Assembly: GCA_002104905.1 (NCBI GenBank)
Contig: MCFE01000247.1
Coordinates: 1 to 64,000 of the forward strand
Source: Basidiobolus meristosporus CBS 931.73
Lineage: Eukaryota; Fungi; Basidiobolomycota
DNA length: 64,000 bases
Reading direction: 5' to 3'
Notes under the pieces: generated by a model
Database searches by the model: none
What the model saw: the letters and a program-made list of their open reading frames with translations, nothing else
What the model was told of the DNA's origin: nothing
Shown: one piece after another, positions 13,411 through 26,583 of the stretch
Numbering within the stretch: the first letter of the stretch is position 1
Layout: each line of letters starts with the position of its first letter
Program-made: the position numbers and the translations under genes

Positions 13411-15571
13411 CCCCTATAAAAATTTATTGTAATGATCCAGTCAAAAGGCAGTCACAAAGCTCAAGTCCTGTGACTAAGAGGTATTGATCCTGTCATGACA
13501 CTGTCCAAAGGCTGTTGAAGAATAATTGCACCTCAGATTTTGCAAGAAAATTTTTCATTACTACAATGTAGAAGTGGCTTTGGACTGGTTCCCTGCCAAT
13601 TTACTCACTTTCAGATCCCAGCCACTCTATCACCTCCTATTCTTGTGTACATTAATTGGCTGTTACCATGTTTCACACTCCTTACTCCTTGACTCAACTA
13701 TTTCACTTACTTTTCATGCTTATAAGTTGATTTATTTCCATTGAAACTTCAGTTGTACCACAATTGCCAATTTTATTGTCCTACACAAGTCCCTATACCC
13801 TACACTAACATCAAGCCCCACCCCACACTCAACAAGTAACTCCATTAAAATCCACCATTTAACAAGTATTTCTGCTGTAACACTCTAGTTCCACAACTTT
13901 AGCAGGAACCCAATGGCTTTATGCCACTGTTCATTCACAGGTTCCCACACACCCTGGTCTTCAGCCAGCACTGCAAGGTCTAGCATCTCATCTGCCAGTC
14001 TTTGCAATAAATCCTTGCAATATTCCAGTGCATTTTCTTGAGCACTGCTCTTGAAGAAGTGCTGCAACCTCTGGGTGTGCCTATTAATGCTCCAAAATTC
14101 CCCTGAAGGCATTGCAATAGTCTTTCAAGCTCTGTACTTTATAGCCTTGTCAGTCAGTGGGATCTCCACTCTGTCAACAATGGAGGATATTGAGGCTGTG
14201 GTAGACAGATTGCCATTTGCTGCAAACTCATCTACCTTGATGGAGTGTAGCTCAACTGGCTGCGCTTCCAACTCTTGTGAAGATGGCTATTTTCTTGTTG
14301 GTAATTCTTCTTGGCTGTGATGGGATTCAGTCTGTTCTGGGCTTGCGGCATTAAATGGCAAGAACTGCAGTTTTTTTGCATGCCTCCCTGTCTCAGACTT
14401 GGGTAGACATTTTTACCTTTACCTTTACCTTTATCACTGCCGGGTCTTTCACTGCTACTTTGTCTGAGTGCTTCTTTTAAAGTACTATGTTTTCTCCCTG
14501 ATAAATTCTGCTCTGACTCATCTGTTTTGGCCAGCTTGTCCCTTGCTGGTACTCTTCTGGCAACCTGACATTTCTTTTCTGCTTGTTTTGAACTCTCAAC
14601 TGTAGTTGTGACATGCTCCTATAAAAGCTGCTGGTTTTTATCACTGCAAGGTCCTTCATTACTACTTTGATTCAGTGCTTCTTAAGTGATACTGCGCTTT
14701 TTCCTTGATAAATGTTGTGCTGGTGCATCCATGTCTGCCTGCTTGTCCCCAGTTGACACTCTTCCAGCTACCTGACATCTCTTTGATGCTTGTCTAGAGC
14801 TTTTGGTCTTGCTTGTCACCAGCTCTTGAGGAAGCTGCTGGTTTTTGGCAATGGCACCCTTGTTCATTTGCATTTGGTAGCTTCTGCTATTCTTCAGATT
14901 TCTCTGTGCCACTGCTTCTATCCTATCAGCCACTGCACCTAATTGCTTCATTAATACTTTGGTATGAGCTGACAACATACTTGCTAATATGGGTGGTGGT
15001 GATGTTATGACAGCCTCTTGATAGTCTTCAACTGAGGGTACTGCATTTGCCACATTCTGATCTGCCTGAGCATAAAGGTCAGCTTGTGGCTCCACAGAGG
15101 TTCTCAATTGCCTATCTGACAGAGAGCCTGAGGAGCTGCATTAGTCCTTCAATAGGCACACTGTCCACAGGGCCTTTCTTGGATGTAGCCCTGCTTGCTG
15201 CACAGAGTGTCAAAGCAAGCTGTGGTGCAACCGTTCTTCTGTTGCTTTCAACAGTGGGGATTGGTTGGGAACCAGACAACTTGGCTTTATTTTTTGACTG
15301 CATACATATGGAAGTGAGTCAAACCAAAGGGGAAATAGTGTTACATATATGTGTGTATATGGTGCCACAACTTTATTTATAACACTTACTATAGCAGGTC
15401 ATCATTAACTCTTACATTCATGTAGGGACAATGTCTCAAACACAAAACTGTCATAGGCTGACATGAGTATTGACCAAAAAGTGATATAATAGCACTACCT
15501 TGTTGAAGATCAAACATTTTGCCCCATAGACAAGACTACTTTGACTCAACACCATAAGAGAAGGAAAAAAG
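13411..15571 (+). mobile_element. CCCTA-type En/Spm copy H1, left arm (left terminus, ORF2 on the minus strand, transposase 5' start)
   Basis: Terminus cccctataaaaatttattg preceded by TAC; ORF2 relics at 13885-14112, 14682-15107 and 15112-15303. Confidence 0.85.
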
Positions 15572-18500
15572 TGTTGAAATATTGGCTATTTGGTATCATT
15601 TTGCAGCTAAAAATTTACTTAACAATTCTGGACTAGTCTTGGTCACTGTGAGGCTAGTTTACAGCTCTAACTTTGCCACTTTCTTCAGATCTATGATCTT
15701 ATGATTATTCCCCTATAGTCAGGATCAAATTAGCACTAATACTAACTATTAGACTTGTTCCGTTGGATAGTACCACATTGAGCCATGTGTGCCAAATGAT
15801 GCCATAGTGTGCCAGAGAGGCCATGTGAGCCTCTACCTGGCCACAGAGTGTGAAACATAGCTCCGCATCTTCATGCAAAGCAGCCCCTGTGTTTCACCCA
15901 TTGTGTTGGAGAAAATCCATTTTTTGACCTTTTTTTTGGATCAATGTTGTGCAGGATGTGTTAGAGCACAAGCAGATTGAAGATAGGCATCTGGTACTCA
16001 ATATCTATGGCACTCTGAATCTAGCTCCTGTAGCTTGTATCATGTCACAAAAATGAAAGGCACTATTTTGGTCCACTGGTACTATCTGGCACTATAAGTG
16101 CTTTGTATAGATCTTACTTTAGGGCCAATATTTAAATATAGTGCCAGATAGTACCAGTGGACTAAGATAGTGCCATTCATTTTTGTGACATGATACAAGC
16201 TACAGGAGCTAGATTCAGAGTGCCATAGATATTGAGTACCAGATGCATATCTTCAGTTCTCCTGTGCTCTTACAAATCCTGAGATACATTGATCCACAAA
16301 AAATGGTCAAAAAATGGATTTTCTCCTGCACAATGGGTGAAACACAGGGGCTGCTTTACATGAAGATGCAGAGCTATGTTTCACACTCTGTGGCCAAGTA
16401 TAGGCTCACTTGACCTCTCTGGCACACTATGGCATCATTTGGCACTCATGGCTCAATGTGGCACTATCCAACGGAACAAATCTATTATGTACTAAACCTG
16501 ACACTGTTACTGAATGCTCCTGAATATTGAGAAACCCTCCTTACTTAGTGCTACAGCTGTATTACTTATACAAAGGTATAAATACTGAGCTTCTTTATTA
16601 ATAAACAACAGTTCAACTATTATTACTATTTCTTGATAAGCTCCTTATATCCAAATCACTTCTTAAATTGCAACAGGTTATGAGCCCCAATTGCCTTGAT
16701 CTATTTAAAGACGACATCTACCAGTAAACAGAATAACACAAACATCTTCCCTGTAAAGGAGAGGTTTGATGGAAAAAACTACAGACTTTGGAGAATCAAG
16801 ATGCAGATCCACCTTGAGGAAAGGAAGCTTTGGAATATAGCAACAGGAAAAGAAGTTGAGCCCAAAGGAACAGCAGAAGAAGTGGAGAAGTTTCAAGAGA
16901 AGGAGAGAGAGGCCTTTAATGCCATATGTATCAATGTGCAAGATTCCTTCATTGGACAAATCTATGCTTCAGATACTGCCAAAGCAGCATGGGAATCCTT
17001 AGAGAAGATCTTTAGGGCAAAGTCAGTATCAAGCAAGCTTTATTTGAAACAAAAGTTCTTCAACATGAGGAAGAAGCCAGATGATGACATGCTGCAACTC
17101 ATTACCAAAATGGAGACACTTGCAGAAGAACTTTACTGTATTAATGCTGGTGTAGATGATGAAGAAACAATACTCTGCCTGCTTTGCAGCCTACCAGACA
17201 AGTATGAGCCACTCATACTTTCTTTTGAAAACAGAGAAGACAACTTGACTTTAGACTACTTCAAAGGAAGACTTCTCCATGAAGAACTCAGACGTAATGT
17301 TCAAGCAGAGAAAATCAAAGATAATGCTTTATTCAGTTCAGAAAGGCACTCAGAAAAGAAGGGAAAACAACAAAACCAAAGAAAACCTGGTTGCTGCAAC
17401 TATTGTAAAAAGTCAGGACACTGGGCAAGAGAATGCAAGAAGAAACAAACAGACAAAAAACAGAAATTAGAGCAGGCAAACCATATAACTACTGATGAAC
17501 AGTTATTTGTAACCATACAAGAGAGTGCAAGTGACCAAAGTAATGAGTGGTATATTTACTCTGGAGCATCACAGCATATCTGTGGTATAAAGGAGTGGTT
17601 CAGCCACTTAAAAACTATTCCCATAAGAAAGGTTTATCTGGGAGATAACTCTGCTCTGAAAGCTACCGCAAGTGGGTCTATACAACTAAATATGATCAAT
17701 AGCTCAGGGGCAACTACAGCAAGACTCACTGATGTACTCTATGTACCTGGAATAGCTAAGAACTTACTCTCAATCAGTAAAGCAACTACTCAGGGACTGA
17801 AATTTGTTTTTACTAATATGAGCTGCCAATATTGAGTGTGAATGGACAAAAATCAGCTTTGGGAATCAGAGAACATAATATATACAAGTTACAATGCAAG
17901 ATCATTGTACCTGAGTATGTCAACATTGCTGAAACTGATGAAACCAACTGAGATACATGGCATAGAAGGCTAGGACACATTGGGGAACAGAAAATGAGCC
18001 AATTGGTGAAAAATCAACTGGTTTTGGGCCTTTAATACCCAATTCCAATTAAATTGAATGTTTGTAAGGGATGTTCATATGGCAAACAAGCTAGGCAAAG
18101 TTTCAAGAGCTCAGAAGGCATCAATACCACAAAAATATTGGCTATTGTACACTCCAACATATGTGGCCCCATGGGAACACTGTACTTTGGAGCCAAGAGA
18201 TACTTTATGACATTTATTGATGACAAAACAAGATATACATGAGTACTTCCTCAAAACAAAGGATGAAGCTTTAGAGACGTTGAAGCACTTCAAGAACATG
18301 GCAGAAACACAAACTGGGTGTAAATTGAAGGTACTATGAAGTGAAAATGGAGGAGAATGCTGCTCAAATGAGATTGCAAAATACTGCTTGTTTATTAGTA
18401 TACTTAAACAGACCACAGTTCATCATATCTCCATGGCAATATGGAGTAGCAGAACATGCAAATAGAACAATAGTAGAGATGGGAAGATCTATGCTACATG

Positions 18501-20981
18501 ATAAGGGAATGGACTACAAGTTCTGGGCTGAATCTGTTGCTACTGCATTATACATCAGGAACAGATGCCCAACAACAGCACTACTTGATTCTACACCCTT
18601 TAAAGCATATACAGGCAAAAAACCAGATCTCCAGCACCTCAACATCTTTGGCAGTGATGTTTTTTATCACATCCCTGACAAAAAAGGTTCAAAGTTGGAA
18701 CCAAAGTGTAGGAAAGAGATCTTTCTTGGGTATTGTGAAGATACTAAAGGGTATAGAGTGTATAATGGCAGAATTCAGAAGCTGATCAAGAGCAGGGACA
18801 TTGTATTTGAGGAAAATTCAGATCAGAAAGCCACAGAAATCATCCGCCAGCTGCCTGATGATTCAATCAACACTAATGAAGAAGATATGTACCTAATCCA
18901 GCCAGATACGGAAGATACTTCTACCAGTTCCAGATCAGAACAGATTATCCCAGTTAGGAGTTCTACCAGGATAAGAAATGACCCTGGATCCTGGTGGTAG
19001 ACATCTAATGATCATGAAGAAGCTTATCTTGCCTTATGTGCCAAACCTCAGAATCTGCATCAGGCAATGCAAAGTCCAGATGCTGCTATGTGGCAACAAG
19101 CCATGCAGGAGTAGTACCAATCACTGATCAAGGTAAAAATGTGGGAACTGGTAGATTTACCAAATTGGAGAAAGCCAATAGGATGTAGATGAGTCTACAA
19201 GATCAAGATAACCTCAAATGGTGGCGTTGATAAGTACAAGGTTAGATTGGTGGCTAAAGGCTATTCCCAGATCCAGTGACTAGACTTTAAGGAAACATTT
19301 GCTCCGGTTGCCAAGTTTGACTCCATTAGGACAGTCCTAGCCTTGGCAGCTGTACACAGTCTAGATCTACACCAAATGGACATCAAAACAGCCTTTGTAA
19401 ATGGGGATTTGCAAGAAACTATATATATGGAGCAACCAGAAGGCTTTACCAATACAAAAGTATCCCATAAGGTGTGCAAACTTAGAAAATTGTTGTATGG
19501 GCTTAAGCAGGCACCTAGAGCATGGTATAACAAGATTGACACATATCTAGGGGAAATTGCCTTTTCTTATAGCACCGCAGATCATAGTATATATGTGAAA
19601 CAGCTCAAAAAGGGTGTGATCATCCTAGTGCTTTATGTGGACAACCTAATTATAGCTTCAAGTGACCAAGAGGCACTTATACAGATGAAATCAGATCTCT
19701 TCAGCAAGTTTGAGATGAAAGATCTTGGAAAATTGAGCTATTTTCTTGGGATTGAGGTCAAATTTGACATAGCTACACAGAAAATTGTGCTGAATCAGTC
19801 TAAGTACATCAGGGACATTCTTAGATGCTTCAAAATGGAAAATTGCAAAGCTGCAGCTACCCCCATGGACAATAACCTGAAATTAAGCAAATCTCAGCCA
19901 GTTATAGATGAAAACGGCTCAAATATAGAACAAAACTTTTCTTATCAGTCAATGGTTGTAAGCCTAATGTACTTAATGGTATCTACACGTCCAGATATTG
20001 CAGTGGCAGTTGGAATAGTCAGTCAATTCATGCAGAATTATGGATCAGATCGAGTTGTAGCAGTTAAGTGATCTTAAGATATCTACAAGGAACCATAAAT
20101 ATGGTACTGGAATACTCCGGAGCAGCTAATAGGCAAAATTTTGATGGTTATAGTGATTCAGATTTGGGTAGGGATCTGATTGACAGACATTCTACCACAG
20201 GCTATGTATTTCTTTATGCTGGTGCAGCTATTACTTGGAATTGCAAGAAACAACCAACTGTGGCCCTATCTACAACTGAAGCAGAATATATGGCTGAATG
20301 TCAAGCAACTAAGGAGGCTATATGGCTACAAAAATTATTCAAAGACTTAGGTTTTAATTCAGATGAACCAACATGTATTTACAAGGATAATCAAAGCTGT
20401 ATTTCATTAGCTAGAAGTCCTATTAATCATGCCAGAACTAAGCACATTGATATACAGCATCACTTTGTGAGGGAAGCTGTGGAAAAAAACGTAGTAGAGT
20501 TAGTGTACTGCCCAACTAACAAAATGGTGGCAGATATACTGACAAAACCACTAGCTAGGCCACAATTTGAGAATCTCAGTTAGGATTAAGAAACTATTTA
20601 CTTGAGGGGGAGTGTTGAAATATTGGACTATTTGGTATCATTCTGCAGCTAAAAATTTACTTAACAATTCTGGACTAGTCTTGGTCACGGTGGGACTAAT
20701 TTACAGCTCTAACTTTGCCACTTTCTTCAGATCTATGATCTTAGGATTATTCCCCTATAGTCAGGATCAAATTAGCACTAATACTAACTATTATGTACTA
20801 AACCTGAAACTGTTACAGAATGCTCCTGAATATTGAGAAACCCTCCTTACTTAGTTCTACAGCTGTATTACTTCTACAAAGGTATAAATACAGAGCTTCT
20901 TTATTGATAAACAACAGTTGAACTATTATCACTATTTCTTGATAAATTCCTTATATCCAAAATACTTCTTAAGTTGCAACA
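15572..20981 (+). mobile_element. Copia family B element B1, full length but disabled: 5' LTR 15572-16675 (contains MITE), PBS 16676-16687, gag-pol relics 16696-20583, PPT, 3' LTR 20613-20981
   Basis: TG...CA LTRs of about 369 bp, PBS ggttatgagccc, PPT gagggggag. Motifs CNYCKKSGHWAREC, WYIYSGAS, IVHSNICG, LYVDN, YSDSD and HIDIQHHFVRE; several stops and frameshifts. Confidence 0.97.
15751..16483. mobile_element. 733 bp foldback MITE (arms about 346 bp, spacer about 40 bp) inside the B1 5' LTR
   Basis: 15751-16096 is the near-exact reverse complement of 16137-16483. Termini agacttgttccgttggatag / ctatccaacggaacaaatct; flanked by ATT (or TATTA). The empty site aactattatgtac is seen in the 3' LTR at about 20787-20799. 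Confidence 0.95.
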
Positions 20982-22206
20982 CTACCTGCATCCACTGCTT
21001 GATGAAGTTTGTAGGCTTTGCAGCAGAATACTTCTAAATAGCTGTCTTATCAAAGCACATATTACTCTCTGCATTGGAGATACCCCAGCAATCAGCAAGA
21101 TGGCCCACTTCCTGGGCTCAATGAGCATTATTTCTGTAAAATGTGTGAGATCCAGAGGATTCACTCCATATCTAACACATGTTATTATTATCCAAGTACC
21201 AACACTAAGAACATATTCTTCCTAAACAGGGAACATTCAAAAGTCAGCATGCAATGAAGCAAAGTTGGTAAACTATAAGCCATTGGCTGGAATACAGAAT
21301 CCATTGTAAATCAGAAATACTCAAGATGGAGGATAACTGCTGGAGCAAAATCTTTCCACTGGGAGCAGTGCATTTGCTTTTCAACAATATCCAGATAATA
21401 ATGACCAAGTTGTACCTGCAGCATCTCAAGTTGAATGAGCCCTTCAAGATATGGGAGGAATTTGAAAGAATTGGCAAGGTATTACAGAGTATCTGCTACC
21501 CAAAGTACTTCTCATGGGCTCCAATCAATATTCATAAGCATATGCAACAACAAAAGTGCAAGAACTGGATGAACTGAGTATGAGTTGATTCAAGTGATCT
21601 TTTAAAGGCATGTCTACCAAGAGTTCATTGAAAGCATTGGGAGTCATACATTGACATTGTAGGAGTATTTATCCAGAAGTAGATCTCAGGTGCCAACAAA
21701 CCTACAGGCCATAGTTTTTTTTTATTCAAACTATATGTGGAATATGTATGATAGTAGTAAGTTAGCAAATAGAGAGGGGTAATTTTAAAGTGGAATATAT
21801 ATAATACCATTTGGTAAATAGGTATGGTGGCACTATACAGAACCAGCTGTAGGCTAACCTACTGTCAATAAAATGCCAGCAGAGGCTTTCTCTAGGGCTG
21901 TTAGAGCACTGTCCAGTTTCCTGCCATAAAAGGCAGTTGAATGTACTGATAGGTCTGCTCAAAAAAAGTAAAGAGCAGATTAAGAATGTTGAATGCCATG
22001 CAATTCTTGTCAAATTGCTACTTAAACACTGTCAAGTTTTTTACTTTATTTGGCAGTAAAATCAACAAAACACAATGACAATCCCTTGATAGAATTGTGT
22101 GGAGAGTCAATAATTACAAGTTTCTAGTATTATAATGGACTCGTTATGGTATCCTGACTGCTGATCTGGATTGGAGCCACCTGTGGAAAATTATTTTTCA
22201 TAGGTC
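20982..22206 (+). mobile_element. CCCTA-type copy H2, right arm (transposase 3' relic with deletion, right terminus), lying in the inverted segment
   Basis: AHITLCIGDTPAISKMAHFLG, IFPLGAVHLLFNNI; terminus ttatttttcataggtc followed by TTG. Confidence 0.85.
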
Positions 22207-23488
22207 TTGATGGGAACCCCATAGCTTTATGCCATTGATCATTTGCTGGTTGCCATACATCCTGGTCTTTTGCCAGCACTGAAAGGTCTAGCAACTCATC
22301 TGTCAGTCTTTTCAATAGATCCTTGCAGTGTTCAGGTGCATTCCCTTGAGCACTGCCCTCCAAGAAGTGCAGCAACTTTTTGCTATGTCTGTTATTACCC
22401 CAAAACTCCACCACTGGCATTACAATAGTCTTTTTAGTTCTTGAAAGTGTTGATTTGTCTGTCAGTGGATGCTTTACTCTTTCTATAATGGAGGACATTG
22501 AGGCAGTGGTGGAAAGATTGCCTATTGCTGAAAGCTCATATGCCTCACTGCAGTGAAGCACAGCTGGCTGCACCTCCAACTGTTGCAATGACAGGTGTTT
22601 TCTTGTTAGTGGTTCTGCTTGGCTATGATGCAATTCCACCAGTTCCTGGCTTAGAGCATTAGCAGGCAAGAATTGCAGCTTTTCTCCCAAGCTTCCCTGT
22701 TTCTGGCTAGGGTAGACCTTTTTTCTTCTACATCTTCCTTTACTACTGCCAGGTCTTCCACTGTTACTATGTCAGAGTACTTCTTGTATTGAACTGCAAT
22801 TCCTTCTTGCTAAAAACTGCACTAATGCATCTGTTTCTGCCTTCTTGTTCCTTATCAGTACTCTTTGCGCAACCTGCCATTTCTTTGCCACTTGAATTAA
22901 GCTTTGAGCCCTGATTGTTGTAGGCTCCTGAGGAAGCAACTGGTTTTGTCACTACCAGGTCCTTCACTGCTACTGCCCCAAAGTGCTTCTTGTAGGTAAC
23001 CTTACCTTTTACTTGATATATAGTGTGCTGGGCATCCATGTTACCTGCTTGTCTCATTACTGCCACTTTTCCAGCTACCTGACATTCCTTTGATGCTTGT
23101 TTAGAGCTTTTAGTCCTGCTTGTAGCATTTGGTTAAGGAAGTTGCTGGTTTTTAGCCATTAAACAGTTGCTGTTCTGCCTTCAATAGTTTCTGATATTCT
23201 TGATATACCTGCTTAGCATACCAATGCTGGCCCAAAATCTGTTTACTTGTTTAAATCCAGAATAATGCTCATGGAACTGGTCAAGTGTATACTGCTTAGC
23301 CTTGTGAGCTTGATACTCCCATGGAATGCTGGCCTTAAGGTAATGGCATGCTGTACCTCTTGTAGCCTCAAGAATAATAGCCCACTTCTCATCATTGCAC
23401 TTAACAACTTCATAGATCTTCAAAGTCATTTGATTACTGGGCTTTGGTATCAACACCAGAGTCTCTCCCTCCCATGCAGTGATAGGTA
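22207..23488 (-). mobile_element. CCCTA-type copy H0, segment 2 (ORF2 region), in the inverted segment
   Basis: ORF2 relics 22130-22690 and 23181-23456. Read on the minus strand it continues the sequence broken at 13410 (gaaatac|ctatcac) and leads into 40951. Confidence 0.8.
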
Positions 23489-26400
23489 CTCTATGAAAAA
23501 TAACTTGGTCCTGTGGGTGCTCTAATCCAGATCAGCCATCAGGATCCTATATAGTGACCATCCTAATACCAGCAGCTTGGAATTAGTGACCCTCTTAACA
23601 ATCTTATGACAGGATCACAACGGTGTTTTGCTAACTTTACAAACAAATAAGGGGATAAAACTTGACAAGATTTGATTAGTGCTGTGACAGTAATTGCATG
23701 GTATTGTTGCAGTCTTTTAGGAATCTCTAACTATTTTAAATGGATCCAACCAGCCAGGACATCCAATTGCCTTATATGGAAAGAAACTTGACATTATGTT
23801 GACAGTCTCACAGCAAGACTCTGATAGCATTATAATGGCAGTATGATGGCCTACCACTGGTTCTGTATGATGCTACTGTCCCAATTTACCAAATGGTATT
23901 TCCTTTTTCTACCTCCCCTTGTGCAATCCATATTTTCCACTGTAGAATCACCTTTCTTTATTTGCTTACCCACTACTACTTTGGGTAATTAATATATATT
24001 TTGAATCCAAAAAAACTATGGCCTCCTGCATACCAACCTCTACAAGCATACATACCTGCCACAATTGATATACTTCTATCACCTCAACTATACAACTTTT
24101 TAGTGTGATACTTGCAAAGTTGCCATATACCTTGTACTGCTGTTAACATATACATCTTGGAAACATGTGCTAGGCTGTTGCCACTTCTGCCATGAATACC
24201 TCCTGAATATCCACAAAGAACTTATGGGTATTTAGCCAATATGTTTCTTCTCCCTGTTGGACTCTGGTCCCCCATATAGATGTGATCTGGCTTTTGTTTG
24301 TGTGAATTCTGTATTTAATGGTGAAGGGTTTGCTTGTGACCAAGAAAAATCCGGCATACCTTGTTAGAGTTTTCCTAATAAAGTTGGTTGCTGGTTGCAC
24401 CCAACCCTACTTTACATTCCTTAGCTGATTACCCCCTCATTGGGGCTACTTAGCTCTTGATGCCATAGGTATAGGTATCTCCATGTGCACATTTGTCCTC
24501 AGTATTTTCCAACTCTTCCTGGCTGTCCTCCATGTGCCAACTTGTCACATCAATGTCAGACTTGTAGGTAATATACTTGATGAGACTGGGATATGGTAGT
24601 ACCAGCAACTTGACTTGTCTTCCTATCTCCCCACACATCCACACCATAGGAGACTCCCAAAAGGTGAAGCAAGGCCCAATATATTCCACACATCATGCAA
24701 GATGGGGTAGAGAATGGATACAGTAGTGGCAGAGATCTGCACATTCAGCTTGATGTTTGTAGTATAGCCCCTCGAATCCTTTCACAAACTCTTTGCACAA
24801 CAGCTGTAGATATGTCAAGTTGGCATTGGTGATCTGCTTCTAGATAAATATTCCTACAATGTCCACATATGACTCCCCATGCTTCCAGTGTATGCTTGGT
24901 AGGAATAGCTTCAGAATGCCACTCAAATAAATACATATCCAGCTCATCCAGTCTTTGCATTTGTATTGTTGCATATGCATATGAATATTAATTGGAGCCC
25001 ATGAGAAGTACTTAGGGTAGCAGATGCTCTGTAATACCTTACCAATTCTTTCAAATTTCTCCCATATCACAAAGGGCTCATTTAGCTTAATATGCCCTAT
25101 ATACAACTTGGTCATCAGTATAGAGATATTGTTGAAAGGCAAATGCATTGCTCCCAGTGGAAAGCTTTTGCTCCAACAGATACACTCTATCTTTTGTATC
25201 TCTGGTTTCTGATTGATTCCATATTCCAGCCAATGGTTTATAGCTTGCCAACTTTGCTGCAATTGCCTGCTGATTTCTGTACGTTCTCTCTGTGAAAGAT
25301 GATGTTCTTAGTGCTGGTGTTTGGGTAATAAATATGTTTGTGAGCTATAAAGTAAATCTCCTGGATCTTGCACATTCAACAGCAATACTCCCCATTGTGG
25401 CTAGAAAATCATGCTTTCTTGCTGATGGCTGCGGTATCTTCAAGGCAGATAATAATATGAGCATTATATGACAGCCATCAATTTTGACCCTGCTGGAAAG
25501 CACACAAAAATCTTCCAGCAATGGATACAGGTAGCTATCCAGGTTGGATGTTGACTTATTTCCAGATACCAATGAGACTACCATCAGATCATTACTCTGA
25601 TACTGAAAGATGGGTGGCAGATTCAGATTGATGAGAATCAGTAATCAGCAGAATTTGCTGGTAGAGTATTGTTGAATGAGAATCCATCAAGTGCTAAGGC
25701 AAAGGCATGGTTATGCATACCTTCAAAGTAGCCCTTGCTTCTTAGCTGTTTGTAATGTTTGCCATCAAATATATTGGATATGTTTGCACTTGATTTATAC
25801 TGAGCAAGGTACTGAATGCTTTCCAATATTTGTTAGACTGCATCAGCTTCCTCAGACAGGGTATGTCCAGAACATATCTGGAGTGTAAACAATACTTTCC
25901 CTCAATGGTGGTGGATTCCTGACAGTTTGGGCACGTTGCAATGGTAGCTTTTTTGGATGTGAATGCCACACAACTGTTCACACATGCTGGAATCAGGAGA
26001 GTGTCTGGATCATACATTGCCAGCCACATGATGGTTGTCCACTTGTACCATGTACATGGTAAGTTGCATCCCAGTATGATTTTGGCAAGAAGTAGTAATA
26101 AGTCCTTAAAGCCCCTATTACTGATATTAGTGGAAACGTGCCACTTCTCTAGCCACAACATTACATCATTTACCAGTAGATGTATCACTGGGCTCACTTA
26201 GTTCCAATAGGTGTTTTCTTGTTGCACATAGGGATTTGACCAGGCTCATATGTGGTACTGTTGTTAGGGAAGATAGGCTCAATATCCATCAATGAACCTT
26301 CTTTGTAAGAGCTATCGCTCTACATGCCATATTCAGAAGGCTGATGTGAGCCTAAAGGCATCACAAACTCACCTGACTCAGTTTGCACAAGGTGACAAAG

Positions 26401-26583
26401 ATGGCCAGGTGCCAATATAGAAGTATCAACTGGCCAGCAAGATAATGTTGGTACAGTAGTGGCCACTGAATGGTCAAATATGACTTGCGCGGCAAAACAC
26501 TGGCCATGATCCATGTAATACTTCCTATGCTGTCTGTGTGCTTCATGGTTGAGAGGGTTGCCACAATAGCCACATGGTCTTTT
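23489..26583 (-). mobile_element. CCCTA-type copy H1, right arm with the best-preserved En/Spm (Tnp2/Transposase_21-like) transposase pseudogene (about 24170-26583) and right terminus
   Basis: Motifs DPDTLLIPACVNSCVAFT-x-CPNC, IFDGKHYK, FALALDGFS, VVSLVSG-x-NLDSYLYPLLEDF, FPLGAMHLPFNNI, CKDWMSW and IGPCFTFWESPM-x-CGEIGRQVK; terminus ctctatgaaaaata at 23489. Confidence 0.88.

Noticed and set aside
20612-20836. Recurring ORF MLKYWTIWYHSAAKN... (also 26729-26953 and 35816-36004)
   Set aside because: It is B-family LTR sequence; recurrence reflects LTR identity and the start codon straddles the LTR boundary.
15572-20981. Reading B1's unmatched flanks as a simple 1 kb deletion between two LTRs
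   Set aside because: The missing host sequence and both partner TSDs are present beside B2 in inverted orientation, which fits an inversion.
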